64,000 nucleotides of DNA from positions 1 to 64,000 of the IMG/VR virus record IMGVR_UViG_3300025470_000019; one strand, given 5' to 3'. This DNA is from a virus (taxonomy: Duplodnaviria; Caudoviricetes). Below the pieces are notes generated by a model, which was not told the DNA's origin, made no database searches, and was given only the letters and a program-made list of their open reading frames with translations. This document shows positions 33,076-42,928 of this stretch, piece after piece (within the stretch, counting starts at the first letter, position 1; every line of letters starts with the position of its first letter). The position numbers were made by a program, and so were the translations under genes.

Positions 33076-33084
33076 TGCTTTTCC

Positions 33085-33261
33085 TTAGTTCTTGGCTAAT
33101 TCATCCTGTATCATTTTCTGTAATAGTCCAACGTAGATGTCTCTTTCAAACGGGAACATCGACTCTATTTCATTAATTGAATATTTATGGTGCTGAGCCA
33201 AATTGAATATCAGATAATAGTAATTCAAAAGGCTAGTATGACTCAGCCCTATTGAAAAAAA
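33085..33261 (-). CDS. gp51: gp51-like baseplate assembly chaperone, lacking a clear start
   Basis: SLLNYY.LIFNLAQHHKYSINEIESMFPFERDIYVGLL; open from the T7 run in the -1 frame of gp26. Confidence 0.8.
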   Translation of the reverse strand, partial: FFSIGLSHTSLLNYYYLIFNLAQHHKYSINEIESMFPFERDIYVGLLQKMIQDELAKN

Positions 33262-33959
33262 TCGCGATAACCCTCCAGCTTGATAAGTCTATTGTTGCCC
33301 TTCTCGTTTACGTACTTAATGTCGTATGTGAGTTTTGGCATCTTGTCAAGGAAATCGTTAACGATTTCTTCATATTGCTTCGAATTCAGATTATTTATGA
33401 ATTCAACCTTTTCCTCCTGAGAGAAGTCAGCTCCAATATAAGTTTCTTCACCATCAACAATAACGTCAATACAAGCCGCAACCATCTCGATAGCTGAGTC
33501 AACATTTGTTACATTGAGCTTGTTGATAGTTAATAGAGTTTCAAGAGTAGGAAAGTTTAGAGAAATAGCAATCTTATCGCTGATCTGGAATGACTTCTTT
33601 TGTTCAGGATTAAAAGCAGGAACGATGGTGTCCAAATCGACATCAAAATCGCGAACAATGCCATCCTCTTTGTCTCTATAACGCAGATTCGAAACGTTAT
33701 TGACCGATCGTGCTCTCAGCTGAAGGAAGAAATACTCAACATCAAACAACGGAAGGGTGCTTACGTTAATATCCGAAATGCAGCAATTCTGAAGAACCTG
33801 ACCGAGTGCGTTAATAACTTCTCGTTCTTCTCCACTTTCTTCAGCGATAAGGAAGATCTTTTCTTCTCTCACTGTAAACTGTCTGAACCTGACAGGATTC
33901 GCCACGGAAAGCAGTTTAATTTCAAATGTTGGCATATCCAACACTGGTAACTTAGCCAT
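33249..33959 (-). CDS. gp26: Baseplate hub assembly protein gp26
   Basis: FRQFTVREEKI, FDVEYFFLQLRARSV, FLDKMPKL, LEGYRDFF. Confidence 0.9.
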   Translation of the reverse strand: MAKLPVLDMPTFEIKLLSVANPVRFRQFTVREEKIFLIAEESGEEREVINALGQVLQNCCISDINVSTLPLFDVEYFFLQLRARSVNNVSNLRYRDKEDGIVRDFDVDLDTIVPAFNPEQKKSFQISDKIAISLNFPTLETLLTINKLNVTNVDSAIEMVAACIDVIVDGEETYIGADFSQEEKVEFINNLNSKQYEEIVNDFLDKMPKLTYDIKYVNEKGNNRLIKLEGYRDFFQ

Positions 33960-33976
33960 AGTTTAATTCCCTCGCT

Positions 33977-34648
33977 TTAAGTAATTTTTGGTGGCACTCC
34001 AGGAACATATGGTGGAATATTTCCTGGGTTATTCACTGGGGTTGTTTCGTTTTGTAATTGTCCAGTAATTGGAGCTGGTGTCTGTCTAGGAGTTGCGTCC
34101 TGAACACCAGAGACAGCTCCAACAGTTTCTGTATAGTAGAAGTATGCAAACGTGACAGGAATAGAGATCATGCTGTTTCTAGCTGCCCAGCTGAAAGGTA
34201 CTGAGCCGATCGTTTCAGGAAACGCCAAAGAAAAATGCCAGTTCGCGATCTTTCTGCCATACGTATCGTACTGAATCAAATCCATATCTGATGAGTAGTT
34301 GGTTCTATATTGGACTTGCTGAAGATTTTTACCGTGTGTGTCAAACAGAAGATCAGCCCAAGAATTGAGTAGCTTCAGATTGTCTGCTCTCGCATCGCAG
34401 TAAACAGAAACGTTCAGTCTCTCGAATCTAGCGCCAACAACATATGGCTGTCTGAAGCCTTGACCTAGACGAGCAATCTCGACAGTCTCTGCGCTTCTTG
34501 AAGGTAGAGTGGCAGAGTGGCAAAGCAGCGATAGCTTTTTGCCGTCTCCTTTGAGGATGCTAGGAAGCGTGATCAGTAATTCAAAGTGAGCTTCTCTTGC
34601 GAATCCCTCAACATTATTCTGAATAAATTCGTTGATATTAAAAGCCAC
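33977..34648 (-). CDS. gp54: Baseplate tail-tube initiator gp54-like (tube fold)
   Basis: GTG start MAFNINEF; ATLPSR, QYD..G, FPETIGSVPFSW. Confidence 0.75.
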   Translation of the reverse strand: MAFNINEFIQNNVEGFAREAHFELLITLPSILKGDGKKLSLLCHSATLPSRSAETVEIARLGQGFRQPYVVGARFERLNVSVYCDARADNLKLLNSWADLLFDTHGKNLQQVQYRTNYSSDMDLIQYDTYGRKIANWHFSLAFPETIGSVPFSWAARNSMISIPVTFAYFYYTETVGAVSGVQDATPRQTPAPITGQLQNETTPVNNPGNIPPYVPGVPPKIT

Positions 34649-35240
34649 TTCTTGAATCCTTCCAAACGGTGCTCGTTGATGCTTTCTGGAATTTCTGCGT
34701 TGGTAGAAACAAAGCAGTGTCCCAATCTTTCGGTTCCACATAAATGAACCTAGACTTAACTTGATTGGTCAAATAATGTTTAAAGCATGGCTTAAACAGA
34801 GCCAAATTCGAAGCACCTTTCAAAGTCTGGTAGCTGATATTTAGTTTGGTTGAGTCATCATATTTTTGATTATTCGTTACAGTGTATAACGCATCCATAA
34901 GACGAGCTCTTAATACTGGCTGGAGGTAATGTAGGTTCAGACCATAGAACCCATTATCCGCTGGACCAACCATAAAGATTAGAGGGAAAGCGTCCCAGTA
35001 TGGTAGTTTCTCTTTGTGTTTGGCATCATAGACATACATATACATACGTCCAGGAAGAACCTTGTCCGAGAGAGTCGCACCCTCAAAGAACTTATTCTGT
35101 TGGAGTCTTGGTCCTCTGTAATCAGCAGCTTTTCTACGGAACCAATCTCGAGCATCTTTCGTTTTGTTTGGCACAATGTTCTGCGCAGCCGCACGTTTGA
35201 GCACGCTGCTATAGACATATTGTTCGGTTGTTTGTGCCAC
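34638..35240 (-). CDS. gp2: DNA end protector gp2
   Basis: PGRMYMYVYDAKHKEKLPYWDAFPLIF, GLNLHYL. Confidence 0.92.
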   Translation of the reverse strand: MAQTTEQYVYSSVLKRAAAQNIVPNKTKDARDWFRRKAADYRGPRLQQNKFFEGATLSDKVLPGRMYMYVYDAKHKEKLPYWDAFPLIFMVGPADNGFYGLNLHYLQPVLRARLMDALYTVTNNQKYDDSTKLNISYQTLKGASNLALFKPCFKHYLTNQVKSRFIYVEPKDWDTALFLPTQKFQKASTSTVWKDSRSGF

Positions 35241-35253
35241 AAATATTCCTTTT

Positions 35254-35317
35254 TATAAATAGATGGTAGTCGCGGATGGCGGTCCCACTACCACTAATAC
35301 TAACTGGAGTATCAGCT
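35254..35317 (+). promoter_or_regulatory. Late promoter plus conserved two-hairpin leader (copy 3)
   Basis: TATAAATA..GGTAG-TCGCG-GAT-ggcg-GTC-CCA-CTACC-ACTAA-TACT-aactgg-AGTA-TCAGC-t-ATG. Confidence 0.75.
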
Positions 35318-35866
35318 ATGATATATTTATATATTAAACAACACCAAAAAACTGGTCTGAAATATTTCGGAAAAACCGTAAAAGCCAATCCATTCAAATA
35401 TAATGGTTCAGGCAGTTATTGGTATAAACATCTAAAAGAACATGGAAAACACATTAGAACCATAGAAATATGGGGGTTCGATGACCAACAGTTGTGCACA
35501 CAATTTGCTTTAAAATTTTCTAAAGACAATAATATAGTAGAATCTAAAGAATGGGCGAATTTAGTCCCTGAAGATGGTATAAGTGGAGGCAGCATCGGTA
35601 GCCGTAAAGGAAGAAAATTATCAGAACAAACAAAAGCAAAAATGTCTAAAACTAGAAAAGGATACAAATATGGTCCTGAGTTTGCAGAAAGATTTAGACA
35701 AAGATTATTAGGTGTTCCTAAAACTGAAGAACAAAAACGCAAAATGCGCTTGGCAAAATTAGGCAAACCTCAATCCGAAGAACACAAAATGAAACGATCG
35801 GAAGCTATGAAACGAGCACACGCTATTAAAAAGTTATCCCTAAATCTTTCTCAGTTACGATCTTAA
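35318..35866 (+). CDS. GIY-YIG-type homing endonuclease, antisense
   Basis: IYLYIKQH..TGLKYFGKT...Y.GSG.YW; start reassigned to ATG after leader. Confidence 0.88.
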   Translation: MIYLYIKQHQKTGLKYFGKTVKANPFKYNGSGSYWYKHLKEHGKHIRTIEIWGFDDQQLCTQFALKFSKDNNIVESKEWANLVPEDGISGGSIGSRKGRKLSEQTKAKMSKTRKGYKYGPEFAERFRQRLLGVPKTEEQKRKMRLAKLGKPQSEEHKMKRSEAMKRAHAIKKLSLNLSQLRS

Positions 35867-36260
35867 ACTGCCAGCCTCTGTCGTCACAGAATCTTTTAGC
35901 GGCATCCCATTTTGCTTGATTTATAAGATATGTGCTAACCTCGGTCAAATACCTTCTGGTTTGTCTCGCTTTCTTTGCTGGTGGTCTTGTCTGAGCGTCA
36001 GGCTTAATTTCAAAAACGAATCTATCACCATTAACGTTCTCAGCATAAATATCAGGAAAGTATCTATGCAGTTTGTTATCAATAGGACTTAGGTATGGAA
36101 TAGAGAATTCTTCTGATGCCCAGCGAGTTATATTCGGGTCGGCATCAAGACGAACGAATAGCCTCTGTTCCCAACTACTCCTATAAATAATGTTGTTAGG
36201 ATTCCCAATATACTTCTCAGGATTCTTTGGGATAAATCGTCCTTTGTATGTTTTGAACAT
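35826..36260 (-). CDS. gp4: Head completion nuclease gp4
   Basis: YKGRF.P.NP.KY.G...IIYRSSWE, W.SEE, RYFPD, EIKP. Confidence 0.92.
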   Translation of the reverse strand: MFKTYKGRFIPKNPEKYIGNPNNIIYRSSWEQRLFVRLDADPNITRWASEEFSIPYLSPIDNKLHRYFPDIYAENVNGDRFVFEIKPDAQTRPPAKKARQTRRYLTEVSTYLINQAKWDAAKRFCDDRGWQFKIVTEKDLGITF

Positions 36261-36314
36261 GTATAGAAAACTCTAAATAATATAATAGATCCTTCTTATT
36301 TAGGTATAGAACGA

Positions 36315-37160
36315 ATGGGCCAAACACCGCAACAAAAGACTGGAGCTGCTAAGAAAGCTGCATCAGGAACAACACCATTAACTTACCCACCAGCCCTCGG
36401 TGAAGCTCCTATTAAGTTTGGGATTACTCTGAGAGATTACGGTAGTTTTAAGATTGGTCCAGGAGCAGTTACCGCATCAATTTACCTCCCAATGCCAACA
36501 GCTGGTCTAGTTGATAACTTCCCTGTTGAGTTTGATACAAAATCCATGGGAGCTTTGGGCGGCATCGTCAGCAGCGGTATTGACGCTGTCCAATCAGGCG
36601 GACAGAGCGTTGGTGATGGTCTATGGGCTGGACTGAAAGCGATCGGCAGAAACGTCGGTCAATCTGTTGTTGCTGGTCTTGGCGACGTTGCGGGTGTTGG
36701 TGGAGATGTTGCGAAAGCTCAAGGCGAGCTTGCAACAGGTCTTGTCAATAACCCAAACTACGCCGTTCTATTCAAGGGTGTGAAGCCAAGAACGTTTAGC
36801 TTCACTTGGAGACTTGTGGCTGTTAGCCCTCAAGAATCAGGAACGATTACCAATATCATAACTGCATTAAAGAAAGCAGCACTCCCAGCCACTTCCGGAA
36901 CTGCTGACCATTTTACTCTCACTTATCCTAACATTGCTTACCTAAGCGTCCTTGGTCCTGAGAAGAATGCCATGCTGACGTTTAGTAAGAAAGGCGCATT
37001 TATTGAAGACGTCAATGTAAAATATGATGGTCCTGGTCACGCTGCATTCTTCGTTGGAACGAAAGCGCCAGTTCAAATTGATCTTACAATTTCTGTTCGC
37101 GAGAGAGGCATCGTCACTCGTGAGGATATTGGCGTTTCACATTATGGAAATCCGGAGTAA
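36315..37160 (+). CDS. gp48: Baseplate tail-tube cap gp48-like
   Basis: IYLPMP, NP...LFKG...R.F.F.W.L..., YP, P....L...E. Confidence 0.8.
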   Translation: MGQTPQQKTGAAKKAASGTTPLTYPPALGEAPIKFGITLRDYGSFKIGPGAVTASIYLPMPTAGLVDNFPVEFDTKSMGALGGIVSSGIDAVQSGGQSVGDGLWAGLKAIGRNVGQSVVAGLGDVAGVGGDVAKAQGELATGLVNNPNYAVLFKGVKPRTFSFTWRLVAVSPQESGTITNIITALKKAALPATSGTADHFTLTYPNIAYLSVLGPEKNAMLTFSKKGAFIEDVNVKYDGPGHAAFFVGTKAPVQIDLTISVRERGIVTREDIGVSHYGNPE

Positions 37161-37163
37161 CCA

Positions 37164-37760
37164 ATGTCTAGTTATTTTGTCAATTTCCCAAGAATCAAAT
37201 ATTTCAACACGGTCGCTAAGAATATCACTCTTCGCGCTGGCTTCGTCAAGAAGCTAAAGGAAGATTCTTCTGCGTTCTATCCATACCAAATCGGAGAAGG
37301 CGAGAGAGCTGACACCGTCGCGGCGATGTATTATGACAATCCTGATTTTGATTGGTTGGTGTATCTAGCTAACGACATCGTCGACCCATACACTCAATGG
37401 CCAAAGAGTCAGCAAGAGTTTAACGACTATATTGTAAAGAAGTATGGATCACAACAGGCTGCACGTTCTCAGGTAGCTTTCTATAGAAAGAACCCAGACA
37501 TTGCATATGTTAAGAATGACGGAACTGATTATTCGACTTCAGCCACTTCTGACGGAACTTATACTATTTCGGTAACAAATGAAGACATTCGGATTACTGC
37601 AGACACTTATGCTTTGATTAGCGATAAATCAAACTACTATCCTGTATATGCATATGATTATGAAATTGAGCTAAATGAAGAAAAGAGAAACATTGTTCTG
37701 ATCGACGAAGATTATGCGAATAGAACATGGATGCAATTGAGAGATCTATTAAATGGCTGA
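37164..37760 (+). CDS. gp53: Baseplate wedge protein gp53
   Basis: YF..FP.I.Y, ERADTVA..YY.....WLV.LAN.I.DP..QWP. Confidence 0.9.
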   Translation: MSSYFVNFPRIKYFNTVAKNITLRAGFVKKLKEDSSAFYPYQIGEGERADTVAAMYYDNPDFDWLVYLANDIVDPYTQWPKSQQEFNDYIVKKYGSQQAARSQVAFYRKNPDIAYVKNDGTDYSTSATSDGTYTISVTNEDIRITADTYALISDKSNYYPVYAYDYEIELNEEKRNIVLIDEDYANRTWMQLRDLLNG

Positions 37761-39312
37761 GAATGCATCTGGAAGTGCTGTAGATACTCTTGGGTTCATG
37801 AAGCGTTTTGTTGTAACGCTCGTTAGCCCAGACAATAAACAAAGAAAAGTTATTACTCGAATGGTCGATACACTGACGATCACCGAGGACATCTTCAAAA
37901 ATAGTTTGTATGGCGCTGTTAGAATTATTGACGCTGTCGACCTCCTTGGCGGCGGACCATTTGACGCAAAGTCAAAGGACGCTGCAGTTTTTCCTATCAT
38001 CGGAGAAGAGTTTTTAGAAATTGAAATTCTATTGGACGGAAAGCCACCAGTCAAACTTCGTTTCGCCATCTATCGCATTTCCGATATTATCTACAAAGAT
38101 AACAACACCAAGAAAGAATATACTCTTGAGTTCTGCAGCGAAGAGCATCTGATTGATGCCACGACTGCGATCATGAAGTCATACAATCAGCCAAATAGTG
38201 ACACTGCTAAGGCGATTCTTAAAGACTACCTCAAGAATGAATCGACAGATAACGGCAAATTCAAAAAGAATATCGTTAACCTGCAGCCAACCAAAGGACC
38301 ACAGAAAGTGGTTATCCCTAGACTGAGCCCATTCCAGGCAATGGAGTTTCTGGCTCGTCGTTCTATCGCTCAGGATACGTTTGAGTCAGGTTCTTATCTG
38401 TTCTTCGAGAACTTCGATGGGTTCAGTTTCTGTGATGTCGAATACCTTATCAAGAAGGGTGTCGACAAAGCCAAAGCAAACAAGAAAGATTATGAATATT
38501 TCTACGAATCAACTCTGACTGCCAATCAGAAGAAAGAAGATCCGCAGAGACAATTCAAAACTATCACCACGATGCAACATACAGTATCTTTCGATACAAT
38601 CCAAAAACTCAAATTTGGTATGTATGAGTCTGACGTTATTCTGTATGACTTCATCAATCACAAAACAATTCCGACAAGATTTAGATTCGCAAATAATGAC
38701 ACGAGAGACAATAACAAAACATTGACCCTCGGCAATAAAGAAGATAAGTCATATCCCGAAAACAGTCTTACCTTTTTGAAGAGCTATATCTCCAATGATG
38801 ATAAGGATGTGAAATATACTCGCAAATTCTTTATCGCAAAAGACACATCATCCACCACTCTTGATAACTACTTGGATAATGTTTATCCAGCCAGAGCTTC
38901 ATACTTCACAAGACTAGCTCAGAACATGTATACCATCAATACATTTGGTGATACAACTATCAGAGCTGGCGATGTAATCATGTTAAACATCCCAGAAAGT
39001 CAAGGCGAGAATAACGACGGCGGTATCGACAAATATCAATCAGGATATTATTTGATTGGAACAATTCGCCATATCTTCTCAGCCACTACATATATGACAA
39101 AGATGGACATTTACAAGAATGCTATTGGCGCTCAGTTGACGAATACTGAAGAAGCTAAGAATACCAAGGTTAAGCCAACCGACAATAAAGCGATTGCCGA
39201 GCAGGCTCCAGCTGATCAGTCTCCTGAAGCTGTAGAAGCGGCGGATCCCGAGGACCCTAACCAGAAAAATTCAAGCCCATCAGTTGTTGGATTCTTGAAA
39301 GGACTATTATGA
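37753..39312 (+). CDS. Baseplate hub protein, gp27-like
   Basis: EDIF...G...I.D, IIGEE, FFENFDG, GD...RAGDVI, G.YLI..IRH; position between gp53 and gp5. Confidence 0.7.
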   Translation: MAENASGSAVDTLGFMKRFVVTLVSPDNKQRKVITRMVDTLTITEDIFKNSLYGAVRIIDAVDLLGGGPFDAKSKDAAVFPIIGEEFLEIEILLDGKPPVKLRFAIYRISDIIYKDNNTKKEYTLEFCSEEHLIDATTAIMKSYNQPNSDTAKAILKDYLKNESTDNGKFKKNIVNLQPTKGPQKVVIPRLSPFQAMEFLARRSIAQDTFESGSYLFFENFDGFSFCDVEYLIKKGVDKAKANKKDYEYFYESTLTANQKKEDPQRQFKTITTMQHTVSFDTIQKLKFGMYESDVILYDFINHKTIPTRFRFANNDTRDNNKTLTLGNKEDKSYPENSLTFLKSYISNDDKDVKYTRKFFIAKDTSSTTLDNYLDNVYPARASYFTRLAQNMYTINTFGDTTIRAGDVIMLNIPESQGENNDGGIDKYQSGYYLIGTIRHIFSATTYMTKMDIYKNAIGAQLTNTEEAKNTKVKPTDNKAIAEQAPADQSPEAVEAADPEDPNQKNSSPSVVGFLKGLL

Positions 39313-40337
39313 TTGGAAGAACTGAACATCTTATAAACGATCCGCACTTTATCGGCGTAGATAAGTTCGTACTCTTTTTCGGTGTTGTTGAAGATAGAGA
39401 TGATCCTCTACAGCTAGGTAGAGTCCGTATTAGAATTTTCGGCGTCCATCCAGACGACAAGTCATTAGTTGCAACGGAAGATCTTCCATGGTCGTTCCCT
39501 ATTATGCCAATTACTGCGCCTCAATACGGTGGCGTAGGTTCTGGTCCAGTTGGAATTATGCCAGGTTCAACAGTCGTTGGATTCTTTGCTGATGGTTTAG
39601 ACAGACAGATTCCTATGCATTTTGGCACTATGTCTGGCGGCACTGGACACTTTGCTGCAGGAGCGAATGGCGACGCTGCTAATATGGATCCGGCGACTCC
39701 ATATAATCCTGACGGTATTTCTGGCTCTATTGATCCAAAATCCTCAATGGTTGTTAAGGGTGTTCAGCTCGGAAAGATTCTTCTAAGCAATTTCGCCTCT
39801 CAAGGTCTTAAGCCACATCATGCTGCTGCTATCTGCGGTAATCTAGGAGAAGAATCTGGCGGGTTCCCTGTGCCTGCTATTCATGAAAGAGGTAAAGGTG
39901 TTGGCGGTAGCCCAAGCACTCCACCGTCACGTAGCTCTGTTGGTGTTGGTTATGGTTGGGGACAATGGACAAACAACAATCGACTGACCAAGTTCCTCGA
40001 TTGGTGCGACAAATATCACCTTGAGCCATCCGATCAGCAAACTCAAATTAAGTACTTCACATATGAAATCACCACTGTCCCACCATACAGCAAACACTTT
40101 CAGACTTTGATGAAGGGCGGAACAGCAACCATTAATAATACTAGATTCACCAAGCCAAATGGTACTTACAATCTAGATGACGTTGATCAGGCGACTGCTT
40201 GGTGGATGTGGGTATATGAAGTGCCAGGAGCTCCTAATCTTGCAGCAAGACAGAAGATCGCTAGATCAATTCGCGATCAGTTAGTGGGCGGATCCGCTGG
40301 ATCTTCAGTAAGAACAAACGGCAAACCTGAGAAATAG
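39309..40337 (+). CDS. gp5: gp5 N-terminal OB-fold fused to phage-tail-lysozyme domain
   Basis: FFGVVEDRDDPLQLGRVRIRIFG...VVGFFADG; AAAICGNLGEESG, GYGWGQWT. Confidence 0.85.
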   Translation: MIGRTEHLINDPHFIGVDKFVLFFGVVEDRDDPLQLGRVRIRIFGVHPDDKSLVATEDLPWSFPIMPITAPQYGGVGSGPVGIMPGSTVVGFFADGLDRQIPMHFGTMSGGTGHFAAGANGDAANMDPATPYNPDGISGSIDPKSSMVVKGVQLGKILLSNFASQGLKPHHAAAICGNLGEESGGFPVPAIHERGKGVGGSPSTPPSRSSVGVGYGWGQWTNNNRLTKFLDWCDKYHLEPSDQQTQIKYFTYEITTVPPYSKHFQTLMKGGTATINNTRFTKPNGTYNLDDVDQATAWWMWVYEVPGAPNLAARQKIARSIRDQLVGGSAGSSVRTNGKPEK

Positions 40338-40345
40338 GATATAAC

Positions 40346-42928
40346 ATGGTCGCATCGAGTAATACAATTCCAGTCGCTCCACCTTCTCCAACCCAACCAG
40401 GAGCAGATCAGCCTGTAATCAAGTCAGGCGAATCTCATTATGACGTTGATATTGGAGTTAGTTGGGCGCCAACATCAAACACAGTAGCTGGTGGTGGCGT
40501 CGGCGTTTCTCCTCCACCATATCCATCATACACAACTGTCAACAGACCGCCTGATCCGCCATCAAATGCACTTGATCCATTACAAGCTCTTGGCGCACCA
40601 CCTTCACCTCTTGTCAAATTAATCGGTAATACAAAAATTACCACCATGCTTGATGTTGCAACAAACAAGCTGGTGACTACGGTTATTGATACAACAACAA
40701 ATCAGCTTCTTGGTGCGATGTCTGGATTAGGTTCTGATCCTACTGCGCTTGTATCTCAGCTGACTCAGAATTCAACTGGCGCAAAAAATGCACTATCGGT
40801 AGCCGAAACTTCTCTTGCAAGTGCTCAATCTATTCTTGCTGATCCAAATGCAACTGATGCACAGAAAGCTCTGGCTCAGGTAAATATTGATTCAGCAAAC
40901 AAAACGATCGCATCATTATCATCACAGACCACAGCTCTTACAGAAGCTGCGGCTCATTTAACTGATAATTTCTCTTTTGACGTATCCCAAATTACTGATT
41001 TTGCTTCTAAAATTGATAGCATAGCAAATTCATTGGCCAGCGGAATTGATCCTGTTTCTCTTGCTCTAAAGCAAGGCGAAGAAATATACAATCAAGCTGC
41101 ATCTATCTTTGGCAGCACTCAAGGAACTGGCAGCTCATTACCTTTCCTAGAGCAAGTCAAGACTCTTGATACATCTTCTGTAGAGATTATTCCGTTCACA
41201 AAACGAACAAACATCAACACAGTTTCTAGTATCGACAATGGCGGTAATGATAAGGCATATTTCCCTACCGTTCCTGCGGCGAACAATATCGTTAACCCAG
41301 GAGCAAACAGTGTCGCTAATCCAAGCGATCGTGTTACTAATACAATCGCCAATGAACCTGTTAGAGAATTCGAAGGGTTATATCCATACAATAAATCAAA
41401 CAAGAGCGAAAGCGGACATCTTCTTGAAGTTGATGACACTCCTGGCAAAGAAAGAATCCTAACTGAACATAAGAGTGGCACCTATCATGAAATGACTGAG
41501 CATGGTGACTTGATCACTAAAGTGGTTAATGATAATTATTTGATCATTGCCGAGAACGAAATCGTTACCATTCAAGGCAAAGCCAACCTACGTATTCTAG
41601 GCGATGTTAACGTCAAGATCGGTGGTGCTATGATTATTAACCCTGATGGTGGTGTTTATGTCGCCACGAAGGGAGACTTCAGAGTCCATGCTAGGTCTAT
41701 TCATATGGAAGCTGATTCAGGAGACGTCAACGTCAAGGCATCAGGCAAGACTAGAATTACGTCAGGCGACGAGCTTCATGTAAATTCAAAGAACAATATT
41801 ATTGAATCCTCAGGCAAGACATCTATGAAGTCTGGTGGCACGAATACGATTCAAGCGGCAGGAATTAACTTCAACTCAAGCAAGGATGTTAATCTTCGTG
41901 CGGATGGCATTATCGCTTCCGCTTCGACCGGAGACACTACTATCAACAGTGCTGGAAACTTGAACGCGAAGGCTGCTGGATCAATCAACCAGAAGAGTGC
42001 GGGAAGTAATTATATCACTGCGTCTTCTCTTGAGCTCAATGCAACTCTTAATGCAAAGGCAACCACTAATCTTCAAGGAACAGACCCTCAAGGTGGAATT
42101 GTTACTCCAATCAATGGCTCTGGTGCTGCTGACGCTGGCGAAGGAACTGCTGCTGGTGTATTCGTTGCTGATGATGCAGATACGGCAAAGGGTTCAGGTA
42201 TCACTCACTCGGTCAACGTTGATGACTTCCTACAGAATCTAGACGATGAGGATGACGTAACGAGAGCAGCAGCGATTAAACATGCTGTGGAAACTGGAGT
42301 CATTAGTCAGGCTGACGCAGACAAGATGAATGCACCTCCTGGGACACCATCAGCGAGCGATACATCAGGAGCAGGAAACGTTTCGCCTAGCGTATCAAAG
42401 GCTACTGTTGGTGATCTTGGTAGCCATGCGCCAGCCGACAATCTCAAATTGTCAAAATATTTTACTGTTGCTATGTTGAGCAGTCACTGTGAAGCTGGTA
42501 GCCATGTCATTGGACCGCAGCTTGGATTGTCTGTGACAGATATTACTGGCAACCTACAGCTACTGGCCCAGAACTGTCTCGATAAGATCAAGGATCAATA
42601 TCCTGATATGAGAATCAGCTCTGGTTTCAGAGATCTAGCTTCAAATAACAGAACTGCTGGCGCATCTAAGACTTCTCAGCACTTGAAGGGTGAAGCTGTT
42701 GATATCAAATTCAGTCACGCTGATAAAGCTCAGTCCCAATACTATGAAATAGCCAAATGGATCAAGAACAATATCCCATTTGACCAGCTAATTTTGGAGT
42801 ATGGTATGCCTTCAACCGACCGTCCATGGATTCACATTTCGTTTACAACTGGACAAAAGCATAGTCCAAGAGTGTCAACGAAAGTTCACGGCAAGACGGT
42901 CGGCGAAGGTTTACATCAGATGAGGTAA
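40346..42928 (+). CDS. gp5: gp5 C-terminal spike region plus M15-type peptidase
   Basis: YPYNK...ESGH..EVDDTPG.ERI...H.SGT; beta-helix-like repeats; ISSGFR, SQHLKGEAVDI, WIHISF. Confidence 0.8.
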   Translation: MVASSNTIPVAPPSPTQPGADQPVIKSGESHYDVDIGVSWAPTSNTVAGGGVGVSPPPYPSYTTVNRPPDPPSNALDPLQALGAPPSPLVKLIGNTKITTMLDVATNKLVTTVIDTTTNQLLGAMSGLGSDPTALVSQLTQNSTGAKNALSVAETSLASAQSILADPNATDAQKALAQVNIDSANKTIASLSSQTTALTEAAAHLTDNFSFDVSQITDFASKIDSIANSLASGIDPVSLALKQGEEIYNQAASIFGSTQGTGSSLPFLEQVKTLDTSSVEIIPFTKRTNINTVSSIDNGGNDKAYFPTVPAANNIVNPGANSVANPSDRVTNTIANEPVREFEGLYPYNKSNKSESGHLLEVDDTPGKERILTEHKSGTYHEMTEHGDLITKVVNDNYLIIAENEIVTIQGKANLRILGDVNVKIGGAMIINPDGGVYVATKGDFRVHARSIHMEADSGDVNVKASGKTRITSGDELHVNSKNNIIESSGKTSMKSGGTNTIQAAGINFNSSKDVNLRADGIIASASTGDTTINSAGNLNAKAAGSINQKSAGSNYITASSLELNATLNAKATTNLQGTDPQGGIVTPINGSGAADAGEGTAAGVFVADDADTAKGSGITHSVNVDDFLQNLDDEDDVTRAAAIKHAVETGVISQADADKMNAPPGTPSASDTSGAGNVSPSVSKATVGDLGSHAPADNLKLSKYFTVAMLSSHCEAGSHVIGPQLGLSVTDITGNLQLLAQNCLDKIKDQYPDMRISSGFRDLASNNRTAGASKTSQHLKGEAVDIKFSHADKAQSQYYEIAKWIKNNIPFDQLILEYGMPSTDRPWIHISFTTGQKHSPRVSTKVHGKTVGEGLHQMR

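Noticed and set aside
33977-34741. ORF-track start of the gp54-like gene at 34741 (also upstream starts at 5104, 9515, 35276, 44328)
   Set aside because: These extensions overlap neighbouring genes or leaders; SD-supported downstream starts were used.
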